DNA of 64,000 nt, from the NCBI GenBank assembly GCA_963545355.1, contig CAUUIW010000005.1, positions 7,913 to 71,912 on the forward strand, given 5' to 3'. Of this stretch, positions 9,620 through 19,035 are shown piece after piece. The DNA is from an uncultured Oribacterium sp. (GTDB taxonomy: Bacteria > Bacillota > Clostridia > Lachnospirales > Lachnospiraceae). The notes under the pieces are model-generated. The model ran no database searches and was not told the DNA's origin. It saw only the letters and a program-made list of their open reading frames with translations. The translations under genes were made by a program, and so were the position numbers. How positions within the stretch are numbered: the first letter of the stretch is position 1; every line of letters starts with the position of its first letter.

Positions 9620-10638
9620 GGCGGCGGAAGAACAGGGCAGAGTTTAAAGGCTTATACAGAATCGGGGGTAGCTGCCTTTTGCTCCCGGTTCTTTTTCTGA
9701 CCGTGCTGCTGTCCGGATGTGAGCCCAGACTGAAGGAAGCATACAACTCGGAAGAGTCTCTGCAAAGGATGCGTTCGCTGACAGAGGAGGGGACGGAGCA
9801 GCTGAGAGCCGACAGCTTTGCCAGGTCCCTGGCAGTGCCGGGGGTGACGGATTTCAACTCGGAGGAGATGTCCGCTCCCAGTTATGCGCTGATGGATATT
9901 TCCGGTGCAGTGCATCCGGATGCCCTTGCGTATCAGAAGCCCTATATGAGAGTCTACCCGGCATCCATTACGAAGCTGATGACTGCTCTCGTCTGTCTTC
10001 AGAATGTCAGGGATCTGGAACAGGAGTTTACCGTGACGGAAAATTCCGTGATCCGGGATTCCGGCAGTTCCCTGGCACAGCTTCATCCGGGCGACAGAAT
10101 CAGTATCCGAAACCTTCTCTACGGCATGCTGCTCCCTTCCGGCAATGATGCCGCTGTCGCCGTGGCGGAGGCGACAGCAGGCTCGATTCCCCGCTTTGTT
10201 GTCATGATGAATGAGGAGGCGCTCCGGCTCGGCTGTACCGGTACCCATTTTGTGAATCCGCACGGTCTTCCGGATGACAATCATTTTACGACAGCCTATG
10301 ATATCTATCTGATTCTCCGGGAAGTCATGAAGTATGATGAGTTTCGTGACATTGTTTCCAAAAGAGACTATTCCGTCAGCTATCAGGATAAAAACGGTCA
10401 TGTGAGGACACAGAAATGGGAGATTTCGAACCGCTATCTTCTGGGAGAGGAGGAGATCCCGGGGGGGCTCAGTATGCTTGGCGGAAAAACCGGCACCACT
10501 CTGAAGGCGGGCTACTGTCTTGCACTTGCCGTAAGGAAGGATGACAGCGGAAAAGAGTACATTTCCATCGTGATGAAGAGCAAAACCAAAGATGAGCTCT
10601 ATCAGAATATGTCTGCCTTGCTGGAAAAAATCCATTAA
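9604..10638 (+). CDS. D-alanyl-D-alanine carboxypeptidase (peptidase S11), probable lipoprotein
   Basis: PASITK, SGNDAA, NPHGL and GGKTG motifs; lipobox LLSGC; GTG start overlapping mgsA. Confidence 0.9.
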   Translation: MEKYLRRRKNRAEFKGLYRIGGSCLLLPVLFLTVLLSGCEPRLKEAYNSEESLQRMRSLTEEGTEQLRADSFARSLAVPGVTDFNSEEMSAPSYALMDISGAVHPDALAYQKPYMRVYPASITKLMTALVCLQNVRDLEQEFTVTENSVIRDSGSSLAQLHPGDRISIRNLLYGMLLPSGNDAAVAVAEATAGSIPRFVVMMNEEALRLGCTGTHFVNPHGLPDDNHFTTAYDIYLILREVMKYDEFRDIVSKRDYSVSYQDKNGHVRTQKWEISNRYLLGEEEIPGGLSMLGGKTGTTLKAGYCLALAVRKDDSGKEYISIVMKSKTKDELYQNMSALLEKIH

Positions 10639-10657
10639 AGTGCACAGATTTTCCCTA

Positions 10658-10686
10658 TTGAACTGAAGGCATTTGTATAATATGAT
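10658..10686 (+). promoter_or_regulatory. sigmaA-type promoter
   Basis: TTGAAC, 17 nt spacer, TATGAT; overlapping TATAAT at 10676-10681. Confidence 0.5.
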
Positions 10687-10782
10687 GAGAGTATCAAAAG
10701 CAATTCTCCACAGGCTTTTCTGCAGCGGAGGACAGCTTTATGAGATGAAATCAAAATGAGATAACAATCAGGAGGTGCTTCT

Positions 10783-11202
10783 ATGGTAGAGTTAATCGTA
10801 GGCGAGAGAGGCAAGGGTAAGACAAAGCAGCTTTTGGATCGTGCCAATGCCGTCATTAAAGAAGCAAAGGGCACGGTGGACTACCTCGACAAATCAGCAC
10901 AGCACATGTATGAGCTGAACAATCGCATTCGTTTAATCAATGTCAATGAGTTCCCTTTGGGAACGGAGGACGCCTTCCTTGGTTTCATAAGCGGCATTGT
11001 TTCTCAGGATCATGATCTTGAATATATGTTCCTGGACAGTTTCTTAAAGATCGCATCTCTTGAAGGTCAGAATATCCTCTCCTGTATTCGGAAGCTGGAA
11101 GAGCTGGGAGAGAAATACAAAATCAACTTTGTTTTGAGTGTTTCCCTTGCAGAAAAAGATCTGCCGGAGGAATTAAAGAAGAATGTAGTGGTATCTCTCT
11201 AA
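10783..11202 (+). CDS. Small P-loop-like protein of unknown function (conserved clostridial family)
   Basis: Walker A-like GERGKGKT at the N-terminus, Walker B-like YMFLDS; strong SD AGGAGGT. Confidence 0.75.
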   Translation: MVELIVGERGKGKTKQLLDRANAVIKEAKGTVDYLDKSAQHMYELNNRIRLINVNEFPLGTEDAFLGFISGIVSQDHDLEYMFLDSFLKIASLEGQNILSCIRKLEELGEKYKINFVLSVSLAEKDLPEELKKNVVVSL

Positions 11203-11211
11203 GATCACAAG

Positions 11212-12606
11212 ATGGCAGCACAGAAGGTCAATCCAAAATCAAGATCGAGCTTTCGACCCAATGTAGGGATGATAATCTTTTTGATTATTTTTCTCTACAT
11301 TGTTTTTAGTGTGTACTCCTACTGGACCAGGCCGGAAATCCGCTACTATGAAGTACAGTCCGGCGGGATTGTACAGGAGAAGCGCTATACCGGGCTGATC
11401 CTCCGTTCCGAAGAAGTCATAAACAGCGAAAGCACTGGCTTTATCCACTATTACGTGAAGGAGGGGAGACGGACCGGCGTCAATCATCCGGTCTATTCCA
11501 TCGACGCAAGCGGTGCACTTGAGCAGTATCTGAAAGCTCACCCGGAGGCGGAAGGGGAGATGTCCGCGGAGGAAAAAAATGATCTCCTGACCAAGCTTCA
11601 GAATTTCAGTATTGCCTTTGAAAATCAGAATTTTTCAGAGCTGTATACCCTGAAAGACAGTCTGGAGACCGATGCCCTGTCCCTTCACGGCCGTCTGGAG
11701 CCGGAAGAGCTGGATCAGGCAATGCGGGATCTGGGGATACGCTATCAGACGGTGAATTCCGGAAAAGCCGGCATCGTTTTGATGACCGTGGACGGGATGG
11801 AGAATCTCAATGAAAAGGCAGTGACAAGGGGAATTTTTCAGCATCCGAAGCGCAGTGTCAGGAGCATCCACAGCGGACAGGAGGTACGGGAAGGAGAGCC
11901 GGCATATAAGCTTGTAACCGGGGAACGCTGGGAAATTGTTTTTCCGGTGACAGAGGAGGAGCGCGGAAAATATCAGGATGTCAAGTCGATTACGGTATAT
12001 TTTCCGGATCAGAATCTGACCGCCGGAGCGGATCTTTCTCTCTATACCGCAAGGGATGGCGGGGTCTACGGAAAACTCAGCCTGAACGACTATATGGAGA
12101 GCTTTCTGAGTGAGCGCTTTATCAGCTTCACCCTCCCCAGCGATGCCAATACCGGACTGAAGATTCCGATTTCAGCCATTACCAAAAAAGATTTCTATGT
12201 GGTGCCGAAGGATTTTATGGGTACGGAGAACGGTGAGACGGGCTTTTATCGTCTGGATGGAAAGGAGGGAGAGAAGACTTCCTTTGTTCCCACGGAAATT
12301 TACCGTATTGATGAGCGCTACTGCTATATAAGAATCTCGGACGGCTCTGATCCCAGGCTTCTGAAAACCGGAGATATTCTGCGGAAAAGAGGAACGCAGC
12401 AGAGCTACAGTGTCGGTCCGGTTAAAACCATACAGGGAGTATACAATATCAACAAGGGCTATTGTGTTTTCCGTCAGATCCTTCCGCTGGAGAGCAATGA
12501 GGATTATATGATTGTTCAGGACAAGAACGATTACAGTATCGCAGTTTATGATCATATCGTTCTGAACGCATCGCAGGTCAGCGAAGGACAGGTGATTTAT
12601 CAGTAG
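11212..12606 (+). CDS. Membrane-anchored HlyD/MFP-like adaptor protein
   Basis: Single N-terminal TM helix, barrel-sandwich-like segments flanking a helical hairpin, GLKIP and GVYNINKGY; resembles the family found upstream of yggS-sepF in Clostridia. Confidence 0.65.
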   Translation: MAAQKVNPKSRSSFRPNVGMIIFLIIFLYIVFSVYSYWTRPEIRYYEVQSGGIVQEKRYTGLILRSEEVINSESTGFIHYYVKEGRRTGVNHPVYSIDASGALEQYLKAHPEAEGEMSAEEKNDLLTKLQNFSIAFENQNFSELYTLKDSLETDALSLHGRLEPEELDQAMRDLGIRYQTVNSGKAGIVLMTVDGMENLNEKAVTRGIFQHPKRSVRSIHSGQEVREGEPAYKLVTGERWEIVFPVTEEERGKYQDVKSITVYFPDQNLTAGADLSLYTARDGGVYGKLSLNDYMESFLSERFISFTLPSDANTGLKIPISAITKKDFYVVPKDFMGTENGETGFYRLDGKEGEKTSFVPTEIYRIDERYCYIRISDGSDPRLLKTGDILRKRGTQQSYSVGPVKTIQGVYNINKGYCVFRQILPLESNEDYMIVQDKNDYSIAVYDHIVLNASQVSEGQVIYQ

Positions 12607-12745
12607 CATCTTTCCCGAAAACCTTCATCTTTCTTTCAAAATCATCCTTCTGTATCCTGAATCCATTTTTTATAGACCGGATCAATGATCTCCATATTTT
12701 TATGGGGCTTAACCGCTCCCTCCTGCTCGATTTGCCGCGCATATC

Positions 12746-13636
12746 CTAAGCGTTCCGGAGGTAGGGGGACATGTCATAGTCTTTGATAAATTCAATGAAG
12801 CTGGAAAGCCTGTGCGGGACGAAACCGCCCTTTTTCCAGATGATGCCGAAGCGGCTATGGGAAGCGGGGGAGAGAGGAACCGCCGCGAAATCGACGGGGT
12901 TGATGATCAGCGAGCCATAGAGGAAGGCGCCGCAGTCCCCGCCCCGTACCATATTCAGGATGGTATAGAGCTGGCTGCTGTACATCAGCACATCCGGCCG
13001 CAGACCGGCGGCATCGTACTTGGCGCTGATGATCCGGTTCAGCACGGAATCGGTATTGAAGAGGATGACCCGTTCTCCCTTCAGCATATCCATGGTGACC
13101 GCCGTTTCCCGAAAATAGGGATGGGTTCTGGAGACGCAGTAGGTGATGGAGTCCCGCATGAGCTCGAAGCTGTAGTAACGTTCGATATGCGGGAAATCCA
13201 TATTGACCAGCGCCAGATCCAGACGGTCGCTGTCTACCATTGCCCTGGCTCGGACGGAGCCGTATTCGAAGAGCTGGACGGGGATGTCGCAGCGGCTCTG
13301 GAAGCGCTGTGTGATGCGGGGAAAAAACAGGGTGCTCATCACCGGCGGGATGCCGATCTTCAGAGGAACCCGGCTTCGGGCGAGTTCGGAAAACGCCGTA
13401 TGCATCTCCCGGCTCTCCCGGAGGAGCTGCTCTGCCCGCTCATAGAAGAGCTGTCCCTCTGAGGTGACGGAGATCCTGTTTTTCTGATGGTTCAGGAGCT
13501 TTAAGTGAAATTCTTTCTCCAGATCCCGGACAGAGACGGAGATGGTGGGCTGTGAGACGAAGAGCTCCTCCGCAGCGCGGGAAATGCTCTGATAGCGGCA
13601 GACGGAGCAGAAGTATTCCAGCTGATTCAGCGTCAT
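12746..13636 (-). CDS. LysR family transcriptional regulator (TtdR-like role)
   Basis: MTLNQLEYF...SISRAAEELFVSQPTISVSVRDLE HTH; SD GGGAGG before ATG 13636; divergent from the transporter. Confidence 0.93.
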   Translation of the reverse strand: MTLNQLEYFCSVCRYQSISRAAEELFVSQPTISVSVRDLEKEFHLKLLNHQKNRISVTSEGQLFYERAEQLLRESREMHTAFSELARSRVPLKIGIPPVMSTLFFPRITQRFQSRCDIPVQLFEYGSVRARAMVDSDRLDLALVNMDFPHIERYYSFELMRDSITYCVSRTHPYFRETAVTMDMLKGERVILFNTDSVLNRIISAKYDAAGLRPDVLMYSSQLYTILNMVRGGDCGAFLYGSLIINPVDFAAVPLSPASHSRFGIIWKKGGFVPHRLSSFIEFIKDYDMSPYLRNA

Positions 13637-13671
13637 GACGGTACCTCCCTTTTTATAGAGTATAGCAGCTT

Positions 13672-13696
13672 TCAGCATAAAAAAAACCTATGCTGA
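13672..13696. promoter_or_regulatory. LysR-type operator (T-N11-A dyad)
   Basis: TCAGCATA-N9-TATGCTGA perfect 8 bp inverted repeat in the divergent intergenic region. Confidence 0.7.
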
Positions 13697-13824
13697 GGCA
13701 GATTAAAACAAATATATAAATATCTGTCTTCTATCTATAATGAAAACAAGACAAGCGAGATTACGGATGGCCATCTGACATTCTCTGCAGGAAATACGCA
13801 CTTATTTCAGGAGGTATGTACACT

Positions 13825-15099
13825 ATGAGTCCTGCTCTTATCACGCTCTTGTTTCTGCTCTTCGCCATCGTCATGTTCGTAACGGAAAAAATTCCGCTGG
13901 GGCTGACCTCGATGATCGTCTGCATCGGACTGATCATCACCGGCGTTTTGGATGTAAAGACGGCATTCTCCGGCTTCATCGACAGCAATGTGATCCTCTT
14001 TGTCGCGATGTTCATCGTGGGCGGCGCCCTTTTTGAGACGGGGATGGCAAATGAAATCGGCGGGCTGGTCACCCGGTTTTCCAGGACGGAAAAGGGACTC
14101 ATTGTCGCGATCATGGGTATCGTCGGCATTATGAGCGGTTTCCTCTCCAATACCGGCACGGCCGCCATTCTGATCCCGGTCGTGGTGGGGATCGCCAGTA
14201 AATCTGGCTTCAGGAGATCGCGCCTTTTGATGCCGCTGGTGTTCGCGGCGGCGATGGGCGGGAACCTCTCCCTGATCGGCGCGCCGGGCAACATGATCGG
14301 GCAGAGCGTCCTGCAGGAGGCGACGGGAGAGAGCTTCGGCTTCTTCGAATATGCGATCGTGGGAGTTCCCATCCTCCTGCTGGGTATCCTCTTCTATGCG
14401 ACCGTCGGCTTCCGCCTCCTTCCGAACCATGACGTAGCGGAGGAGGGCTCCGCCTTCGAGGAGGGAAAGGACTACGGCAAGGTGCCCGGGTGGAAGAAGC
14501 GGCTTTCGCTCCTGATCCTGGTGGCGACCTTACTGGGAATGATCTTTGAGAAGCAAATCGGGATCAAGCTCTCCGTGACCGGCTGCATCGGCGCGATCCT
14601 TCTGATTCTGACCGGCGTGATCTCCGAAAAGGAGGCGCTGCGGTCGATCGATCTGAAGACAATCTTCCTCTTCGGAGGAACCCTGTCGCTGGCTTCCGCG
14701 CTGCGGGATACCGGCGCCGGACAGATGATCGCGGATACGGTCATCGGCGCGCTGGGCGTAAACCCCTCTCCCTATGTCCTGACCTTCGCAGTGTTCATCA
14801 TCTGCTGTGTGCTGACCAACTTCATGTCCAATACCGCCACGACGGCCCTGATAGCGCCGATCTGCCTTTCCATTGCGCAGGGAATGGGCGCGGATCCCAA
14901 GGCGGTGCTGATGGCATGCGTCATCGGCGGCTCCTGCGCCTATGCGACCCCGATCGGCATGCCGGCGAATACGATGGTGCTGGGCGTCGGCGGATATAAA
15001 TTCACCGACTATGTAAAGAGCGGACTCCCGCTCATGCTTATCGCTACGGCGGTGAGCATGATTCTTCTGCCCATCGCCTTCCCCTTCTTCCCCGGCTGA
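13825..15099 (+). CDS. SLC13/DASS family dicarboxylate (tartrate) transporter
   Basis: Multi-TM protein with two SNT motifs (FLSNTG, FMSNTA), LIGAPGN and ATPIGMPAN; ATG 13825 is best spaced from GGAGG. Confidence 0.88.
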   Translation: MSPALITLLFLLFAIVMFVTEKIPLGLTSMIVCIGLIITGVLDVKTAFSGFIDSNVILFVAMFIVGGALFETGMANEIGGLVTRFSRTEKGLIVAIMGIVGIMSGFLSNTGTAAILIPVVVGIASKSGFRRSRLLMPLVFAAAMGGNLSLIGAPGNMIGQSVLQEATGESFGFFEYAIVGVPILLLGILFYATVGFRLLPNHDVAEEGSAFEEGKDYGKVPGWKKRLSLLILVATLLGMIFEKQIGIKLSVTGCIGAILLILTGVISEKEALRSIDLKTIFLFGGTLSLASALRDTGAGQMIADTVIGALGVNPSPYVLTFAVFIICCVLTNFMSNTATTALIAPICLSIAQGMGADPKAVLMACVIGGSCAYATPIGMPANTMVLGVGGYKFTDYVKSGLPLMLIATAVSMILLPIAFPFFPG

Positions 15100-15230
15100 G
15101 AGGCGCGGCGGGATCCGTCCGGAGAAAAAGACAAAAGCAGAAGGAGAGTACGGATATCCGCAGCGGTTTCACAGCTTCATCAGGTCATTCACCGACAGGC
15201 GGTATGGGTACACATTTTCAGGAGGAAAAA

Positions 15231-16139
15231 ATGTCAAACGAAAAACAGATGCAGAGGTTTACCGAGATTATGTCGCAGTTCGTCGGCTTCACGGCAAAGA
15301 AGCTGCCGGACGACGTCATCGCGAAGCTGGAGGAGCTACGCGGCAGGGAGGATTCGCCCATGGCGAAGGTCATCTATGACACCATGTTCCGGAATCAGAA
15401 GCTGGCGGTGGAGCTGAACCGGCCGTCCTGTCAGGACACCGGTGTGCTGCAGTTCTGGGTGAAGTGCGGCACAGGCTTCCCCTATATGGACGATTTGGAG
15501 GCGGCGCTGGTTTCGGCGATGGTGCAGTCCACGAAGGAGACACCGCTTCGGCACAATTCCGTGGAGACCTTCGACGAGTACAACACCGGGAAAAATGTGG
15601 GCAAGGGGACGCCCACGGTATGGTGGGACATCGTGCCGCACTCCGATCAGTGCGAGATCTATACCTATATGGCGGGCGGCGGCTGCACGCTGCCGGGAAA
15701 CGCCACGGTGCTGATGCCCGGCGAGGGCTATGAGGGCGTGACGAAGTTCGTGCTGGATCGAATGACCTCCTATGGGCTCAATGCCTGCCCGCCGCTTCTG
15801 GTGGGCGTGGGAGTGGGGACCTCCGTGGAGACAGCGGCGATGAACTCCAAAAAGGCGCTGATGCGGAGCGTGGGGTCCCATAACCCCAATGAAAGGGCGG
15901 CGAAGATGGAGCGGCTTCTGGAGGACGGCATCAATGCGCTGGGGCTCGGCCCGCAGGGTATGGGTGGCAGATATTCCGTCATGGGCGTGAACATCGAAAA
16001 TACGGCGCGGCATCCCTCTGCCATCGGCGTGGCGGTGAACGTGGGCTGCTGGAGCCACCGGAGAGGGCACATCACTTTTGACAGAGAGCTGAACTTCAGC
16101 GTAGACACCCATACCGGCTTCGAATATCAGGAAGCCTGA
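15231..16139 (+). CDS. ttdA: L(+)-tartrate dehydratase alpha subunit (Fe-S hydro-lyase)
   Basis: RPSCQDTG, PLRHN, YMAGGGCTLPG, NACPP, ARHPS and GCWSHRRG; closely resembles E. coli TtdA as recalled. Confidence 0.9.
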   Translation: MSNEKQMQRFTEIMSQFVGFTAKKLPDDVIAKLEELRGREDSPMAKVIYDTMFRNQKLAVELNRPSCQDTGVLQFWVKCGTGFPYMDDLEAALVSAMVQSTKETPLRHNSVETFDEYNTGKNVGKGTPTVWWDIVPHSDQCEIYTYMAGGGCTLPGNATVLMPGEGYEGVTKFVLDRMTSYGLNACPPLLVGVGVGTSVETAAMNSKKALMRSVGSHNPNERAAKMERLLEDGINALGLGPQGMGGRYSVMGVNIENTARHPSAIGVAVNVGCWSHRRGHITFDRELNFSVDTHTGFEYQEA

Positions 16140-16156
16140 CAGGAAAGGAGAAGAAC

Positions 16157-16786
16157 ATGTCAGTCAGAGTCGAAAACGGGAAGAAAATCCTGACTACGCC
16201 GCTCAGCAGGGAGGATCTTAAGGACATCCATATCGGCGATGTGATTTATCTGGATGGGGATATCACCACCTGCCGCGACGTGGCGCACCGCAGGGTCGTG
16301 GAGGAGGGGCGGAAAATCCCCGTGGATGTCAGAGACGCGGCGATCCTCCATGCCGGACCGATCATCCGCCCGCTGGGAGAGGACAAGTACGAGATGGTTT
16401 CCGTCGGACCGACGACCTCCATGCGGATGGAGAAATTCGAGTATGAATTCGTGAAGGCCACCGGCGTCCGGGTGATCGTGGGCAAGGGAGGCATGAGGGA
16501 GAATACCGCCCGCGCCTGCGAGGAGTTCGGCGCGATTCATTGCGTATTTCCCGCGGGGAACGCGGTGGTCGCCGCGGTAGAGGTGGAGGAAATCGTCGAG
16601 GCGGAGTGGAAGGATCTGGGGATGCCGGAGACGCTGTGGCACTGCCATGTGAAGGAGTTCGGGCCGCTGATCGTCTCCATCGACAGCTACGGGAGGAATT
16701 ATTTCGAGGAAAAGAAGCTGGAGTACAATCGGAAAAAGGAGGAGCAGATTGCGATAATCAGCAGCCAGGTCGGCTTTATCAGGTAG
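16157..16786 (+). CDS. ttdB: L(+)-tartrate dehydratase beta subunit
   Basis: KKILTTP, TCRDVAH, HAGPI, GPTTSMRME, VGKGGM, LGMPE and EFGPLIVSID. Confidence 0.9.
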   Translation: MSVRVENGKKILTTPLSREDLKDIHIGDVIYLDGDITTCRDVAHRRVVEEGRKIPVDVRDAAILHAGPIIRPLGEDKYEMVSVGPTTSMRMEKFEYEFVKATGVRVIVGKGGMRENTARACEEFGAIHCVFPAGNAVVAAVEVEEIVEAEWKDLGMPETLWHCHVKEFGPLIVSIDSYGRNYFEEKKLEYNRKKEEQIAIISSQVGFIR

Positions 16787-16863
16787 CGGAAGCGCTGCGG
16801 ACGGATAATACCTGGAAATATCGGCATGCCCTTCGGAGAAAGCAGGGAGGAGCCGCCGCTCTG

Positions 16864-16944
16864 CGATATGCTACCCCCGAGCAGGACACGGAAATATAAA
16901 ACCTGCTTGGGGGTATTTCTATGTCCAGAAAAAGCAGGATCGAA
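16864..16944 (+). mobile_element. Probable remnant of an IS3/IS150-type left end with the first codons of orfA
   Basis: (C)GATATGCTACCCCC start, 14 bp hairpin 16872-16885/16902-16915 covering a GGGGG SD, then ATG-SRKSRI; resembles clostridial IS3 ends from memory; no transposase follows. Confidence 0.5.
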
Positions 16945-17124
16945 CTCTGCCTTTGCAATCGGGGATACTGCTTAACTCAACAAAGACAGGACCTATTCTC
17001 TCTGCTATAATGATGGCAGTTGAGCCTATCTTCATGACAAGGAAAGATGGTCAAAATGGTATGGGAGTTTCTTAAAAATATTATAAGTTTTGTAAACAAT
17101 TCCGACTCTGCGGGGGCTTTGCGA

Positions 17125-17152
17125 TTGACAAGCAAGAGAAAACCATTACAAT
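17125..17152 (+). promoter_or_regulatory. sigmaA promoter for sepF
   Basis: TTGACA, 16 nt spacer, TACAAT. Confidence 0.65.
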
Positions 17153-17185
17153 AGCAGAGAATGCTGGTCTCAAAGGGAGAAGAGG

Positions 17186-17722
17186 ATGAGTTTTTTTTCG
17201 GATATTATGAATGGTTTACATCTGAAGAGTAATGATGATTATGATTTGGATGATGACTACGGGTTTGAGGATGAATATGACGATGAACCGAGAGGCTCCG
17301 GCTTTTCGGGCAGAAGATCAGAGGACGATTATGACATGGATGAGGAAGAGGAAGTTGTCACTCCCAGACTTCGTCTTTTCTCACAGAGGAAAAGTCCGGA
17401 ACCTGTGAGAAGGGCTGCCGGCTTCGATGTGGTGATGGTTCGCCCCTCGACCATGGATGAAGCGAGGGTAATCTGTGATCATCTTCTGAACGGAACCTCC
17501 GTGGTTCTGAATATGGAGGGCTTTCACGGCGGGATGTCTCAGAGGATTGCGGATTTTGTCTGCGGCTCGGTGTATGCGATTGGCGGCAGCCTTCAGGGAA
17601 TCTCCAACAATATCTTTATTGCAACACCGGATAATGTAAACCTTACCGGAGATTTCAAGGATTTGCTGAGAGGAACGGAAAACCTGAACAATGTAAACGG
17701 CAATATACGACTTCGTGTATAA
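17186..17722 (+). CDS. sepF: Cell division protein SepF
   Basis: N-terminal amphipathic helix, acidic linker, C-terminal domain with VVLNME, RIADFVCGSVYAIGG and IFIATP. Confidence 0.9.
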   Translation: MSFFSDIMNGLHLKSNDDYDLDDDYGFEDEYDDEPRGSGFSGRRSEDDYDMDEEEEVVTPRLRLFSQRKSPEPVRRAAGFDVVMVRPSTMDEARVICDHLLNGTSVVLNMEGFHGGMSQRIADFVCGSVYAIGGSLQGISNNIFIATPDNVNLTGDFKDLLRGTENLNNVNGNIRLRV

Positions 17723-17736
17723 GAGGATCGGAGTAC

Positions 17737-17766
17737 GGGGGACATACCTTTGGGTATGCCCCTTTT
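17737..17766 (+). terminator. Intrinsic terminator after sepF
   Basis: GGGGACATACC-TTTG-GGTATGCCCC (one bulge) followed by TTTT. Confidence 0.7.
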
Positions 17767-17785
17767 GGATTGCAGGGGAAACGGC

Positions 17786-18871
17786 ATGAAAGAAAATCTG
17801 ACAATAAGCACGGGCAGGGAGAAGCCCTATGAGATCTGGATTCGTGAGGACTTTCAGGAGCTGAGGGAAGCGCTATTGACACTCTCTCTTCAGGACAGGA
17901 AGGTTCTGATTGTCACAGATACGCATGTGGCTCCGCTTTACCTCTCGGAAATATCTTCGATATTGTCCTCTGTTTTTTCTTCGGTCAGTACCATCATCCT
18001 CGAAGAGGGAGAAGAGCATAAGCAGCTTTCCGAGATTCAGAAAATCTATGAGAAAGCCATCGAGGAGGGACTGGACCGAAAGGATCTCTTTGCCGCACTC
18101 GGCGGGGGGGTTATCGGGGATATGACTGGCTTTGCAGCCGCCACCTATCTCCGCGGGATCCCCTTTCTGCAGATTCCGACAACCCTGCTTTCTCAGCTGG
18201 ATTCCAGCATCGGAGGAAAGACAGGCGTGGATTTCCTTTCCTATAAAAATATGGTCGGTGCCTTTCATCAGCCGCTGCTGGTCTACTCCGGCGTCTCTGC
18301 ACTCGATACTCTGGAGGACAGACAGTTTGCATCAGGAATGGGCGAGATGATCAAGCATGCGCTTCTCTACGACAGGGCATATTTTGATTTTCTCTATGAA
18401 AATCGGGGGAAAATCGCTCTCCGCGACAGGGAATGCCTGTTTCGGGCGATTCTCTGGAGCGATACCATCAAGCGCGAGATCGTGGAGAAGGATCCGACAG
18501 AGAGGGGAGACAGAAAGCTTTTGAACTTCGGACATACTCTGGGGCATGCCATCGAGAGAACCGCGCATTTCCGCTATACGCACGGGCAGTGCGTCGCCCT
18601 GGGCTGTCTCCTCGCGATCGGGCTTTCCGGGACGGCAGTTTCCGGGCAGGAGACAGAGAGGGTGAGGGAGCTGATGCGGAGCATGGGGCTCCTGACCGAA
18701 CTTCGGGAGGCCCTGTCTCTTGGTGAAATCATAGAATGTACGCGGAAAGACAAGAAGATGGAGCAGGGCAGGGTACAGTTTATCCTTCTCCGGGAGCTGG
18801 GGAAGGCGTACATCACAAAGGATGTCAGTGAAGAGGATATGCGGAGGGTGCTTCGGCACATCATGGAATGA
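17786..18871 (+). CDS. aroB: 3-dehydroquinate synthase
   Basis: GEEHK, ALGGGVIGD, YLRGI, PTTLLSQLDSSIGGKTG, KNMVGAFHQP and LNFGHTLGHAIE. Confidence 0.96.
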   Translation: MKENLTISTGREKPYEIWIREDFQELREALLTLSLQDRKVLIVTDTHVAPLYLSEISSILSSVFSSVSTIILEEGEEHKQLSEIQKIYEKAIEEGLDRKDLFAALGGGVIGDMTGFAAATYLRGIPFLQIPTTLLSQLDSSIGGKTGVDFLSYKNMVGAFHQPLLVYSGVSALDTLEDRQFASGMGEMIKHALLYDRAYFDFLYENRGKIALRDRECLFRAILWSDTIKREIVEKDPTERGDRKLLNFGHTLGHAIERTAHFRYTHGQCVALGCLLAIGLSGTAVSGQETERVRELMRSMGLLTELREALSLGEIIECTRKDKKMEQGRVQFILLRELGKAYITKDVSEEDMRRVLRHIME

Positions 18872-19035
18872 TGCCGGAGCCGAAGAGATTCCCTGTTCTC
18901 TTGAGAAACGGGAGAAGCGGGCGCCGGGAAGCATTTCATACATGATTTTTAACTGAAGCATACAGCAGGCGGAAAAGGATTTTCCCGCGGGAGAAGAAGC
19001 AGAACATCGGGAGAGGAGGCGGAAAGGAAACAGGC

